Shown: positions 9,335 through 16,947, counted from the stretch's first letter. The stretch: 33,135 bases of DNA from Clostridia bacterium (GCA_017540285.1 JAFYBI010000208.1:1-33135), one strand, 5' to 3'. Notes: generated by a model not told the origin, from the sequence alone. Program-made: numbers and translations.

Positions 9335-9607
9335 TTACGCGCGTCTCGCGGCGAAGCATTCGCTGCAGTAGACGGGTCTGTCGCTCGTGGGCTGGAACGG
9401 GATCTTGCACGGCTTGCCGCATTCCGCGCAGACGGCGTCGAACATCTCTCTGGGTTCGCGGCCGGCGTTCTTTCTCTTGTCACGGCAGGCTTTGCATCTC
9501 TGGGGCTCGTTCTGGAAGCCCTTCTCCGCGTAGAATTCCTGTTCACCGGCGGTGAAGACGAATTCGTTGCCGCATTCCTTGCATACTAAGGTCTTGTCCT
9601 CGTACAT
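9335..9607 (-). CDS. CxxC-x17-CxxC zinc-ribbon domain protein
   Basis: 90 aa. There are two ribbon units: CKEC...CKAC with the FYAEKGF.NEP.RCK.C signature, and CAECGKPCKIPFQPTSDRPVYCSEC (exactly 17 residues between the CxxC pairs). The RBS is GAGGAAAG. Confidence 0.85.
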   Translation of the reverse strand: MYEDKTLVCKECGNEFVFTAGEQEFYAEKGFQNEPQRCKACRDKRKNAGREPREMFDAVCAECGKPCKIPFQPTSDRPVYCSECFAARRA

Positions 9608-9801
9608 GTTTCTTTCCTCGCTTTGCCAATTCGGCTTGAATTTTTTTGCCCTCGGCGGACACTCTCACCGTCACCTTTGCAGAACAACGCACTTGAGTTA
9701 GGCTATCCGGGCGTATGAACAGCACAGCCGTCATCCACCGCACCGCCCGGGTACGGATCGTGGGTCATACTGTTATTTTAAAACCCCGTGGGGAATTAAA
9801 A

Positions 9802-10398
9802 TCAGGATGGGTTTTGCAGGAGTCCTCTCACTTTTGCCTTCACTCGGTACAATGCGTTGCTGACAGACTTTCGTTCACACCGGAGCTGCGCAGCGATACT
9901 TCCAACGGACATTCCCTTACGATACAGGTCAAACACATCTCTTTCGAGCGGCGCGAGAGACGATCGGATCCGTCTCACGAGCCCCGCGGAATCCTCGGCT
10001 TCGATCAGCACCGCGAGAGGATCGCCCTCCCGGGCTGCCCCCGCCGCGTTTTCGGCCCGCTCTCTGCGTCCGCGCTCGGCCCGCGTCCTGCGGAGCTCGG
10101 AGATGAGCGCGCGCTCGACGCAGATCTTTGCGTAGAGGCCGAAGGTCACCGTCTTTCCCTTCCCCTCCGGATCGTAGGTGATGGCCGCCCGGTATAGGGC
10201 GAGCGCCGCGATCTGCGAGAGATCCTCCCTGCCGTGCGAGGCATCCTCGGAGGCGAAGGAGGGAAGAAACCGCGTCACGGCGGATTCCGTCAGATTCCGG
10301 TAGAGCGCAGCCAGGGCTTCGAACGCCTCGCCGTCTCCTTCGCGGATCCTCTCGGTCAACCGGACGACAGCCTCTCCGGGAACGGATGATTCCTTCAA
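9802..10398 (-). CDS. Sigma-70 family RNA polymerase sigma factor (SigH-like / group 3-4)
   Basis: 198 aa. The region 2 segment is DLSQIAALALYRAAITYD...TFGLYAKICVERALISELRR. The region 4 HTH is LAPLERDVFDLYRKGMSVGSIAAQLRCERKSVSNALYRVKAKV, which resembles B. subtilis SigH (LSDLERKVLVLYLDGRSYQEIADELNRHVKSIDNALQRVKRKL). The apparent start is TTG at 10398, 7 nt after GGGAG. Confidence 0.8.
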   Translation of the reverse strand: MKESSVPGEAVVRLTERIREGDGEAFEALAALYRNLTESAVTRFLPSFASEDASHGREDLSQIAALALYRAAITYDPEGKGKTVTFGLYAKICVERALISELRRTRAERGRRERAENAAGAAREGDPLAVLIEAEDSAGLVRRIRSSLAPLERDVFDLYRKGMSVGSIAAQLRCERKSVSNALYRVKAKVRGLLQNPS

Positions 10399-10440
10399 AC
10401 AAAGACTCCCGAAAAAAGATGATACAATACTCTGTTTACC

Positions 10441-10468
10441 ATTATATCACAAAGGAGGATTTTGTCAA
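10441..10468 (-). promoter_or_regulatory. Sigma-A-type promoter for the sigma-factor gene
   Basis: Read on the minus strand: TTGACA (10468-10463), 16 nt spacer, TGaTATAAT (10449-10441). It lies in a locally AT-rich stretch about 43 nt upstream of the start codon. Confidence 0.6.
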
Positions 10469-10509
10469 GAGATTTTTCAAAATTTCTTGATGATTTCTTC
10501 ATGATTTTT

Positions 10510-10558
10510 CCAAGAAAGAATGCCCCCGCCCGCTTTCTCGGTGAAAAAGCACAGGGCG
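10510..10558 (-). terminator. Candidate terminator after the DUF4364 gene
   Basis: The minus-strand hairpin is CGCCCtgtGCTTTTTCaccGAGAAAGCGGGCG (10558-10527), followed by the moderately T-rich GGGGCATTCTTTCTTGG. Confidence 0.4.
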
Positions 10559-10653
10559 AGGACACAAATCGTCATTCGGTTCGGTCATTTCTGAAGAACT
10601 TACGGATAAGCCGGCGTATTTTCCGCCTCGTCTGCGCGCAGGACGGTCCCCGA

Positions 10654-11244
10654 TCACTTCTCAAAGAGATAGTTCACGTTCCCCGTGACGATCGCAAGGA
10701 GGCCGCGGTAGACGACGTCGGGCTTGTCCTCGAAATTCATGCGCATCCGCTGCACCTGCATGTAGGAGTCCGCGCGCAGATCCAGCTTGAACGCCAGCCC
10801 GTCGCGGTCAGTGATCGAGCAGTGGAAGATGTACCCTTCCCCGTCGCGCTCGATGCTGTGGTTCCAGACCGCGCCGCGCTTCTCGAGGGAGAGGTGCCGC
10901 ATCGCGCTGACGTAGCTCTTCTCCCGCACCGCCGCGAGGAGCAGATCGTCCGAGAGTCCCCGCGCGATCATGCGGCCCGTGTCCGACACGGCATAGAGGT
11001 CCCGCCCGAGGACGCCCTCGTCGGTGCCGCCTTCCGCGCCGGAGGACGGATCGGATTCCGTGCGGACAATGTGCCCGTCCTTGATGAGCTCGTGGAAGCA
11101 GGTGACAAAATCGAAATAATCCACGTAGCCGTCGCGGATGACGATGGCGGCGAGGTCGTTGTATTCCAGTGGGTAGCCCACCTTTTCAAGCAGATAGAGG
11201 ATGAAGACCTTCACCTGCTCCGGCGAATGAAATGTTTCCGGCAT
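10654..11244 (-). CDS. DUF4364 family protein (putative wHTH regulator common in Clostridia)
   Basis: 196 aa. The N-terminal FILYLLEKVGYPLEYNDLAAIVI...HELIKDGHIV pattern and the overall length and layout match my memory of DUF4364. This was not verified by a search. Confidence 0.55.
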   Translation of the reverse strand: MPETFHSPEQVKVFILYLLEKVGYPLEYNDLAAIVIRDGYVDYFDFVTCFHELIKDGHIVRTESDPSSGAEGGTDEGVLGRDLYAVSDTGRMIARGLSDDLLLAAVREKSYVSAMRHLSLEKRGAVWNHSIERDGEGYIFHCSITDRDGLAFKLDLRADSYMQVQRMRMNFEDKPDVVYRGLLAIVTGNVNYLFEK

Positions 11245-11312
11245 GATGCTGTCTCAACTTTCCGATGTTCTTTTCCCAAAAGGGGGGAGCGATAAAATCG
11301 TCGGCGGGTGCG

Positions 11313-11346
11313 GGAACGAAAAACGGGAAGTCAGCGGCTTCCCGTT
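11313..11346 (-). terminator. Rho-independent terminator after the solute-binding protein gene
   Basis: The stem is AAACGGGAAG/CTTCCCGTTT (11321-11330 / 11338-11347) with a 7-nt loop. TTTTTCGTT follows on the minus strand. Confidence 0.7.
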
Positions 11347-11397
11347 TCGCTTTCGTTTTACCCGTCACCGGCCGCGGCCGACCGGCTCGGACGAGGA

Positions 11398-13209
11398 TCA
11401 GTTGCCGCCGGCAGCATCGGCTGCTTCCGCTGCGGCTTCCGCCTGTTCCTCGGTGGTTTCGGTTCTCGCCTTCCAGGTCATGTAGTCCTTGAGCTGGGTC
11501 TTCTTGAAGTCCCGCGTTCCGTAGTAGGTGGACTTGATGCCGGAGAGCTCGGTGGTGTAAAGGTAAGCGTCCTGCAGGAAGATGATCGGGCAGACGGGCA
11601 TGTCTTCGAGGAGCTTCTTTTCGGCCTCGTGCAGGAGGGAGGCGCGGGCGCTTCTGTCCTTCTCGGCGAAGGCGGAGTCGATCAGCGCGTTGTAATCCTC
11701 GTTCACATAACCGGTGATGTGGCCGTAGAGATCGTAGTTGTCGGAATCCATGTCGACGCCGTTGCCGGAGAACTCGACCGCGAACTGGGAGAGCGCGCCG
11801 AACGCGTCGGGAGAGAGCATCGTCATATCGATCGCGATGACGTCGAAGGAGCCCTCGTCGTAGATCTTCTGGAAGTTGTCGTTGGTGATGACCGGGTCGT
11901 CGGAGTTGGCGCGGCCCTTGACGGCTTCGACGGTGACATTGAAGCCGAGACCGGTCCAGACGTCCTTGACGTAGTCGGCGATCGCGAGGTCGACCTCGTT
12001 GTTGCGCACGGTCAGGGTGAAGGAGCCGCTCGTCACGCCCGCGGAGGAGAGCAGGCTCTTCGCGCCCGCAACGTCAGCCGTGGTGGAGAGGAGCGCGCCG
12101 CCCGCATCGCGGAAGGACGTGCCGGAGGTGGTGTCGAAGACCTTGTAGGGGATGTAGCCGGTCGCGGGCTTCGCGAAGGTCACGAGGTTCGCGACGGTCT
12201 GGCGGTCGATCGCCATGGAGAGCGCGCGGCGGACTTCCGGCTTCGAGAAGAGCGGATTCGTCGTGTTGAAGACGTAGGTGTGCGCCGCCATCATGTCGGT
12301 CACGACGGCGGAGGAGGCATACTGCGCGCGGGCGGAAAGCGGGAGCTCGCCGTCATAGAAGGACTGCGCGGAGGTCAGCGCGAGAAGCTGAGCCTCGGCG
12401 TTGCCCGCGGAATAGTTGTTGAGCAGACGGTACGGGATGACGTACTTGTCGAGGATCTCTTCCTTGTCCGGGTCGAGGTAGTAGTAGGAGGAACGCTCAA
12501 GACGGATGACCGTGCCCATCGCCATTTCCTTCGGGCTGAACGGGCCGTTGGTGACGATGTTGGTGGTCTTCATCGCCCACTGGTCGGTGCCGTCGTCGGC
12601 GCGGTAGCGGGTGATGACGTCCTCACGGAGAGGAACGAGCGCGATGGAGGAGCAGTTTTCAAAGAACTGGTCGAGGTCTATCTTCTGCTCGAACTGGATC
12701 TCGAGGGTGTAGGTGTCGACCGCCGCGACGCCGAGGTCGTCGATCGTCGCGTCACCGCGCTTGATGGCGCGGGCGTTCTTGATGTCATAAAGCAGGGAGG
12801 CCGCTTCGCACGCTGCGTCGGGCTCCATGATCCGCTTCCAGGAGTAGACGTAGTCCGCCGCCTGGACGGAACGGCCGTCGCTCCAGCGGTTGGCGTTCAG
12901 GGTCACGAGGATGATGTATTCTCCCTCGGCGTCCTTGTCGACCTTGTAGCTCTTCATGCCGGCCTTCTTCCATTTGCCGTTTTCGTCAAGGGAGGTCAGG
13001 CCTTCGAACATCAGGCTCATGTATTTGAGCATGGCATCGTCCGTGATGCTCTGCTGGGGGTCGAAATTAAATACCTCGGTGGTGAGGTACATGTCGATAA
13101 TGGCGCCCTTGTCATAGTCGCCTGTCTCGGTCTTTGCCAGGGTGGTGCATCCTGCGAGTGCGGATGCGAGCATCAGCGCGGCAAGAATCAGGGACAACAC
13201 CTTTTTCAT
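11398..13209 (-). CDS. ABC transporter substrate-binding lipoprotein, family 5 (OppA/DppA-like peptide/nickel binding)
   Basis: The start is set at ATG 13209 (MKKVLSLILAALMLASALAGC, lipobox LAGC) after AAGGAGG. The ~600-aa length and blocks such as FNFDPQQS, LFEGLTSLDENGK and SYYYLDPDKE are typical of SBP family 5. No permease or ATPase genes are adjacent. Confidence 0.85.
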   Translation of the reverse strand: MKKVLSLILAALMLASALAGCTTLAKTETGDYDKGAIIDMYLTTEVFNFDPQQSITDDAMLKYMSLMFEGLTSLDENGKWKKAGMKSYKVDKDAEGEYIILVTLNANRWSDGRSVQAADYVYSWKRIMEPDAACEAASLLYDIKNARAIKRGDATIDDLGVAAVDTYTLEIQFEQKIDLDQFFENCSSIALVPLREDVITRYRADDGTDQWAMKTTNIVTNGPFSPKEMAMGTVIRLERSSYYYLDPDKEEILDKYVIPYRLLNNYSAGNAEAQLLALTSAQSFYDGELPLSARAQYASSAVVTDMMAAHTYVFNTTNPLFSKPEVRRALSMAIDRQTVANLVTFAKPATGYIPYKVFDTTSGTSFRDAGGALLSTTADVAGAKSLLSSAGVTSGSFTLTVRNNEVDLAIADYVKDVWTGLGFNVTVEAVKGRANSDDPVITNDNFQKIYDEGSFDVIAIDMTMLSPDAFGALSQFAVEFSGNGVDMDSDNYDLYGHITGYVNEDYNALIDSAFAEKDRSARASLLHEAEKKLLEDMPVCPIIFLQDAYLYTTELSGIKSTYYGTRDFKKTQLKDYMTWKARTETTEEQAEAAAEAADAAGGN

Positions 13210-13278
13210 GATTCTGAAATCCTCCTTGCGCCCGGCGTCTGCGGGGCTTTGATGATGCGGGTACTTTAAACTCACCAT

Positions 13279-13307
13279 ATTATAGCACTTTTTTTCGAGA
13301 GAATCAA
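13279..13307 (-). promoter_or_regulatory. Sigma-A-type promoter for the solute-binding protein gene
   Basis: Read on the minus strand: TTGATT (13307-13302), 17 nt spacer, TGcTATAAT (13287-13279). Confidence 0.6.
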
Positions 13308-13401
13308 CCTATTCTTTGCCTCGGGGAACAAGATTCATCCACATGCACAATTACAGCCGTCACTTTTATGCATTTTGCACACAAAAAGCAGAGGCTTTCC
13401 G

Positions 13402-13431
13402 GTATGAACCCGGTTTTCGCAGGGCAGAATA
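13402..13431 (+). promoter_or_regulatory. Candidate forespore (sigma-G/sigma-F-type) promoter for gpr
   Basis: GTATG (13402-13406), 18 nt spacer, CAGAATA (13425-13431). The Bacillus sigma-G consensus as I recall it is GHATR - 18 nt - CATXHTA. The site is about 60 nt upstream of the proposed gpr ATG. Confidence 0.4.
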
Positions 13432-13499
13432 GAGGCAGAATCCCCCCGCCGGCGAAAAGTTTGCCGGATGCGGGAGAAAAACGCGCGCGGGAGGGCGTC

Positions 13500-14279
13500 A
13501 TGCTGCGGTCCAGCGATCTTTTCATCGAATCGGGAGAAGCGGGGGAGGCTGCCGCGCCGCTCCGTTTCTCCGATCCCGAGCGGGTGTGGCTCGAGGGCTT
13601 CGACGCCGTGCGCGCAGCGGGAGACACGGGCGGATACCACTCGGTGCTCTGCGGGGAGATCTGGCTTTCCCCGCCCGAGGACCGGGGACGGCTCTCGAAG
13701 GCCCTGCGCGCGCTCGTCTCGCATTACCGGCGGCGGATGCGTCACGCGGATGACGCGCCCGTTCTCGTCGCGGGGCTCGGGACGGAGCAGATGGCGGCCG
13801 ACGCGCTCGGACCCCGCACGGCGTCCCGGATCCTCGCCACCACCGGCGACATGCGCGAGGCGGGGATGCCCGCGGTCTGCGCCGTGAAGACGGGGATCCC
13901 GCGCGAGACCGGCATGGACACGGCGGATCTCGTCAAGGCGCTTGCCCAGGAGGCGGGAGCCGCGCTCATCGTCACGGTCGACAGCCTGACGGCGCGGTCG
14001 CGGGAGAGGCTCGGGACCCTCGTGCAGATCACGGACTGCGGCGTGACGCCCGGATCCGCGCTCGCCCATTCCTCCGGGGAGATCAGCGCGCACACCATGC
14101 CCTGCCCCGTCCTCTCCCTCGGCGTTCCGACGGTCATCCGCTCGGATGTGCTCGCCGGGGAGTTGACCGACGATCCGATGTTCGTCTCCCGCGCAGACAC
14201 GGACGCGATGGTCACCGCCTACGCCCGCATCCTCGCCGCGGCCATCAACGGCGCGTTTTCGGGAAATCCGGCCGAATGA
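13500..14279 (+). CDS. gpr: Germination protease GPR (spore endopeptidase)
   Basis: Conserved GPR blocks are VLVAGLGTEQMAADALGP, VDSLTARSRERLGTLVQITDCGVTPGS, PVLSLGVPTVIRSD and MFVSRADTDAMV...AAAINGAF. These correspond to B. subtilis LVVGLGN..VTPDALGP, IDALAARS.ERVN.TIQISD.GIHPGS, PVIAIG.PTVVDA and LMVTPKEVD. The start is set at ATG 13500 after GGGAGGG (the track start is 13368). Confidence 0.85.
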   Translation: MLRSSDLFIESGEAGEAAAPLRFSDPERVWLEGFDAVRAAGDTGGYHSVLCGEIWLSPPEDRGRLSKALRALVSHYRRRMRHADDAPVLVAGLGTEQMAADALGPRTASRILATTGDMREAGMPAVCAVKTGIPRETGMDTADLVKALAQEAGAALIVTVDSLTARSRERLGTLVQITDCGVTPGSALAHSSGEISAHTMPCPVLSLGVPTVIRSDVLAGELTDDPMFVSRADTDAMVTAYARILAAAINGAFSGNPAE

Positions 14280-14280
14280 G

Positions 14281-14309
14281 GCATCGGGCGCGCGTCGGAC
14301 GCATACAAT
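14281..14309 (+). promoter_or_regulatory. Candidate mother-cell (sigma-E-type) promoter for spoIIP
   Basis: GCATCGG (14281-14287), 14 nt spacer, CATACAAT (14302-14309). The Bacillus sigma-E consensus as I recall it is ZHATAXX - 14 nt - CATACAHT. The -10 is an exact match. Confidence 0.4.
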
Positions 14310-14343
14310 GGGGCAGGAATGCCATGGGAAGGAGGCGGATGCC

Positions 14344-15639
14344 GTGAACGCCCCGGAACCGACCGATCTGCTCCTGCCGCCCGACGAAGCTCAGACGGAG
14401 CCCGCGGATGCCGCCGGACCTGCGGAAGATTCCGCGCCGGAGCTGCTTCCCGCGCCTGCCGCTGCGGATGACGCGCCGCAGGATCCGGGACCCGCCGACG
14501 CTGCGCCGCGCAGACGGGAAGCGCTGATCGATGCCTTCGCGTGGATCCGCGCCGCTCTCCCGGTCCTGCTCGCAGGCTTCGCGGCGGCGGTGTTCACGGG
14601 GACGGCGATCCTTCTCCTCCTCCGCCTTTCCCCGACGCCGGACCGCGTGACCCGCGCGCTGCTGTCGACGGCTCTGGGCGGTCGGGAGGTCCGTCTGGCG
14701 GAAAAGGCCGGCACCCCGCAGACCGCCGCTCTCCCGCGCCTCATCCCGGACAGGCCGACGGCGCCGACGATCCCCGCGGATCCGCCCGAAACGGCGCCGC
14801 CGCAGCCGCCGGACACACCCGCCGAAGAGGAGCCCGCCGAAACCGCGCCGCCGCCGGAAATCCCCGCCGAGGACGCCCCGCGCTTCACGCTGACGAACGA
14901 AACCGCCTATTCGCCGGATCCGGACGCGCTTCTCGCAAGGGACCGCGCGATCCCGCCCCTCGGCGATCTCCGGGCCGCGTTCGGGTTCGGGCCTGACGCG
15001 CCTCTGGTGCTGATCCTGCATACGCACACGACGGAAGGGTATCTCGCCTCCGCGGGAACGGATTACCGCACGGACGATCCCGCCGAAAACGTCGTCGCCG
15101 TCGGTACGGTGCTCGCCGAGTGCCTGAATGAGGCCGGGATCCCCGCGATCCACCTCACCGAGGTTTTCGACGAGCCGGACTTCAACCTCGCCTACTATCA
15201 CGCCGCCCGCGCGATCCGGAACACCCTCGCCGAGCATCCGTCGATCCGCTACATATTCGATCTGCACCGGGATTCGATCGCGCTCCCGGACGGCTCCGTC
15301 TGCGCGGCCCTCGCTCAGATCGGCGGCGAGCCCGCGGGGCGGCTGATGTTCGTCGTCGGCACGGACGCGGCCGGCGCGGATCACCCGGGATGGGAGGACA
15401 ACCTCGCGCTCGCCCTGCGTCTCCAGCGTGCGGCGGAGGCGGCATACCCCGGCCTCATGCGGGACATCAACCTGCGCGCGGCGTCGTTCAACGAGCAGTA
15501 CGCCCCGGGCGCGCTCCTCATCGAGGCCGGCTCGACGGGCTGCACGCTGGAAGAAGCGCGGCGGGGGATGGCCTGCCTGGCGGAGGTGATCGCAGCGGAG
15601 ATCGCGGGAGGATCCGGCAGCGACCGGACGCCGGAGTGA
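14344..15639 (+). CDS. spoIIP: Stage II sporulation protein P (SpoIIP)
   Basis: SpoIIP-family blocks are VLILHTHTTEGY, IPAIHLTEVFD...YHAARAIRNTL, IFDLHRDS, LMFVVGT and PGALLIEAGS..CTLEEA. The gpr-spoIIP adjacency is as in Bacillus. I prefer the GTG start at 14344, 8 nt after GGAAGGAGG. The track ATG at 14308 has no RBS and lies inside the candidate -10 box. The N-terminal ~190 aa are Pro/Ala-rich with one TM helix. Confidence 0.88.
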   Translation: MNAPEPTDLLLPPDEAQTEPADAAGPAEDSAPELLPAPAAADDAPQDPGPADAAPRRREALIDAFAWIRAALPVLLAGFAAAVFTGTAILLLLRLSPTPDRVTRALLSTALGGREVRLAEKAGTPQTAALPRLIPDRPTAPTIPADPPETAPPQPPDTPAEEEPAETAPPPEIPAEDAPRFTLTNETAYSPDPDALLARDRAIPPLGDLRAAFGFGPDAPLVLILHTHTTEGYLASAGTDYRTDDPAENVVAVGTVLAECLNEAGIPAIHLTEVFDEPDFNLAYYHAARAIRNTLAEHPSIRYIFDLHRDSIALPDGSVCAALAQIGGEPAGRLMFVVGTDAAGADHPGWEDNLALALRLQRAAEAAYPGLMRDINLRAASFNEQYAPGALLIEAGSTGCTLEEARRGMACLAEVIAAEIAGGSGSDRTPE

Positions 15640-15665
15640 CGGAGGATTCCTCCAAAACAGCATGA

Positions 15666-15710
15666 CAAAACGGAACCGTTCGTTTTCGGCGGTTCCGTTC
15701 TCTGTTTATT
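15666..15710. terminator. Bidirectional terminator between spoIIP and the convergent small membrane protein gene
   Basis: A perfect 10-bp stem AACGGAACCG (15669-15678) / CGGTTCCGTT (15690-15699). T-rich flanks are present on both strands. Confidence 0.7.
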
Positions 15711-16038
15711 CGGTTTTGTCACCCTCCCCGGCTTTCTGTGCCGGATGCGGTACGGCGGCGACCGTTTCCGCGGCGCGGAGCCTCATCTTCTTCACCGTGG
15801 CCCACACCATGACGGGCAGGGCGACAAGGTTGGCGATCCCCAGCGCGCGCAGGAGGATGTCCGGCAGGGAAAATCCCGCGATGCCCGCGGCGGAGATGAC
15901 GAGGGTCCCGATGCCGATGACGGCAAGGCTGACGCCCCAGAGCACGTTCGCGATCCGCGACTGCTTTCTGAGCCGCGCTTCCATCTTCTCCCGGTCGATC
16001 TCCGTCATCGCCGCGAGGGGCAGTTCCGTGTTCTTCAT
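15706..16038 (-). CDS. Small hypothetical membrane protein (~110 aa, 3 predicted TM segments)
   Basis: The start is set at ATG 16038 (MKNTELPLAAM) after AAGGAAAGGAAA. Hydrophobic segments are VLWGVSLAVIGIGTLVISAAGIAGF and ALGIANLVALPVMVWATV. I recognise no family. Confidence 0.6.
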   Translation of the reverse strand: MKNTELPLAAMTEIDREKMEARLRKQSRIANVLWGVSLAVIGIGTLVISAAGIAGFSLPDILLRALGIANLVALPVMVWATVKKMRLRAAETVAAVPHPAQKAGEGDKTE

Positions 16039-16089
16039 GACTGGTGTTTTCCTTTCCTTATTCTTCAATCTTATCAGCCTTTTCTGCAC

Positions 16090-16947
16090 TCACGCTTCTC
16101 CGAACATCAGCCGGTCCGCGTCCGCGAGCGAATCGAGGAGCAGGTCGGGGCGTTCGGCTTCTCCGGCGGCGTTCACGTCTTCCCAAGTCGTCTCGCCCGT
16201 GAGGACCAGCGCCGCCGTGATCCCGTGCCGTCTCCCGGTCGCGATGTCGGTGTACAGACGGTCGCCGAAGATCAGCGTCGTCTCCTTCGGTTCACCGGTG
16301 ATCTCGCCGATCATTTCGACCGTTTCGGGATAGGGCTTGCCGAAATACACGGGCGTCACCCCGGTCGACGCCGTCACCGCCGCCGCGATCGCGCCGCTGT
16401 CCGGGATGAAGCCGTCCTCGGTCGGGCAGTTGAAGTCCGGGTGCGTCGAGAGGTATTCCGCGCCTCCCCGGATAAAGGTGCAGGCGTTCGTCAGCTTTTC
16501 GTAGGTGAGCGTCGTGTCAAAGCTCGTGACGACGATGTCGGGGACCCGGCCGTCCGTCACATGCCCGTCCTCGTCGTTCACAAGGTCGATCCCCGCGGCG
16601 GTAAACTGCCGCCAGAGCTCCCGCGTGCCGAGCAGATAGACGGATTTCCCCGCGCGGCGCCGGGTGAGGAAGGCGGCGGTGACGTTGCCCGAGGTGCAGA
16701 TCTCCTCGGGCGTCGGGGAAAAGCCGAGGCGGGTCAGCTTGTCGAGATAGAAGACCGGATCGTGCGAGGCATTGTTCGTGAAGAACAGCACCCGGCGTCC
16801 GGATTCCCGCAGGCGGCCGATGAACCGCACGGCAAAATCGAACGGCCTGCCCCCGAGGTAGATCGTGCCGTCCATGTCGAAGATGTAAAGGCGTTTTTTC
16901 CGGAGAAGCTCTGCGGCTTTTCGGGGATTCTCTGCGGCGACAATCAT
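16090..16947 (-). CDS. HAD-IIA family hydrolase (NagD-like sugar phosphatase)
   Basis: The start is set at ATG 16947 (MIVAAENP) after AGGAG. HAD motifs are YIFDMDGTIY (DxDGT), FFTNNAS, GKPYPE and IFGDRLYTDI. The track ORF extends to 17577 only as an antisense artefact. Confidence 0.85.
   Translation of the reverse strand: MIVAAENPRKAAELLRKKRLYIFDMDGTIYLGGRPFDFAVRFIGRLRESGRRVLFFTNNASHDPVFYLDKLTRLGFSPTPEEICTSGNVTAAFLTRRRAGKSVYLLGTRELWRQFTAAGIDLVNDEDGHVTDGRVPDIVVTSFDTTLTYEKLTNACTFIRGGAEYLSTHPDFNCPTEDGFIPDSGAIAAAVTASTGVTPVYFGKPYPETVEMIGEITGEPKETTLIFGDRLYTDIATGRRHGITAALVLTGETTWEDVNAAGEAERPDLLLDSLADADRLMFGEA

Noticed and set aside
9335-9607. The idea that the zinc-ribbon protein downstream of the sigma factor is a zinc-binding anti-sigma factor.
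   Set aside because: It lacks the HxxxCxxC (ZAS) arrangement and has no TM segment. It is separated from the sigma gene by ~190 nt rather than being translationally coupled. It matches the widespread stand-alone CxxC-x17-CxxC family.
9608-9801. The idea that the spacer is a known RNA gene or element (SRP RNA, 6S RNA, T-box or riboswitch).
   Set aside because: I could not find the SRP domain IV motifs, a T-box sequence, a 6S-like closing stem with central bubble, or any riboswitch core that I know. It is kept only as an unassigned structured-leader candidate in the findings.
11308-13269. 653-aa plus-strand ORF. Analogous large shadow ORFs lie at 19452-21380 (+), 22125-24191 (+), 25672-26982 (+), 26946-28154 (+), 14245-15663 (-), 13335-14093 (-), 15745-17052 (+), 8311-9120 (+), 2189-3001 (-) and 1334-2014 (-).
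   Set aside because: Each is antisense to a gene with clear family motifs (binding protein, CotH-LTD, GH127, DUF3810, RluA, SpoIIP, GPR, HAD, RlmB, and so on). Each has the Arg/Gly/Asp/Val/His-rich composition of GC-rich shadow frames.
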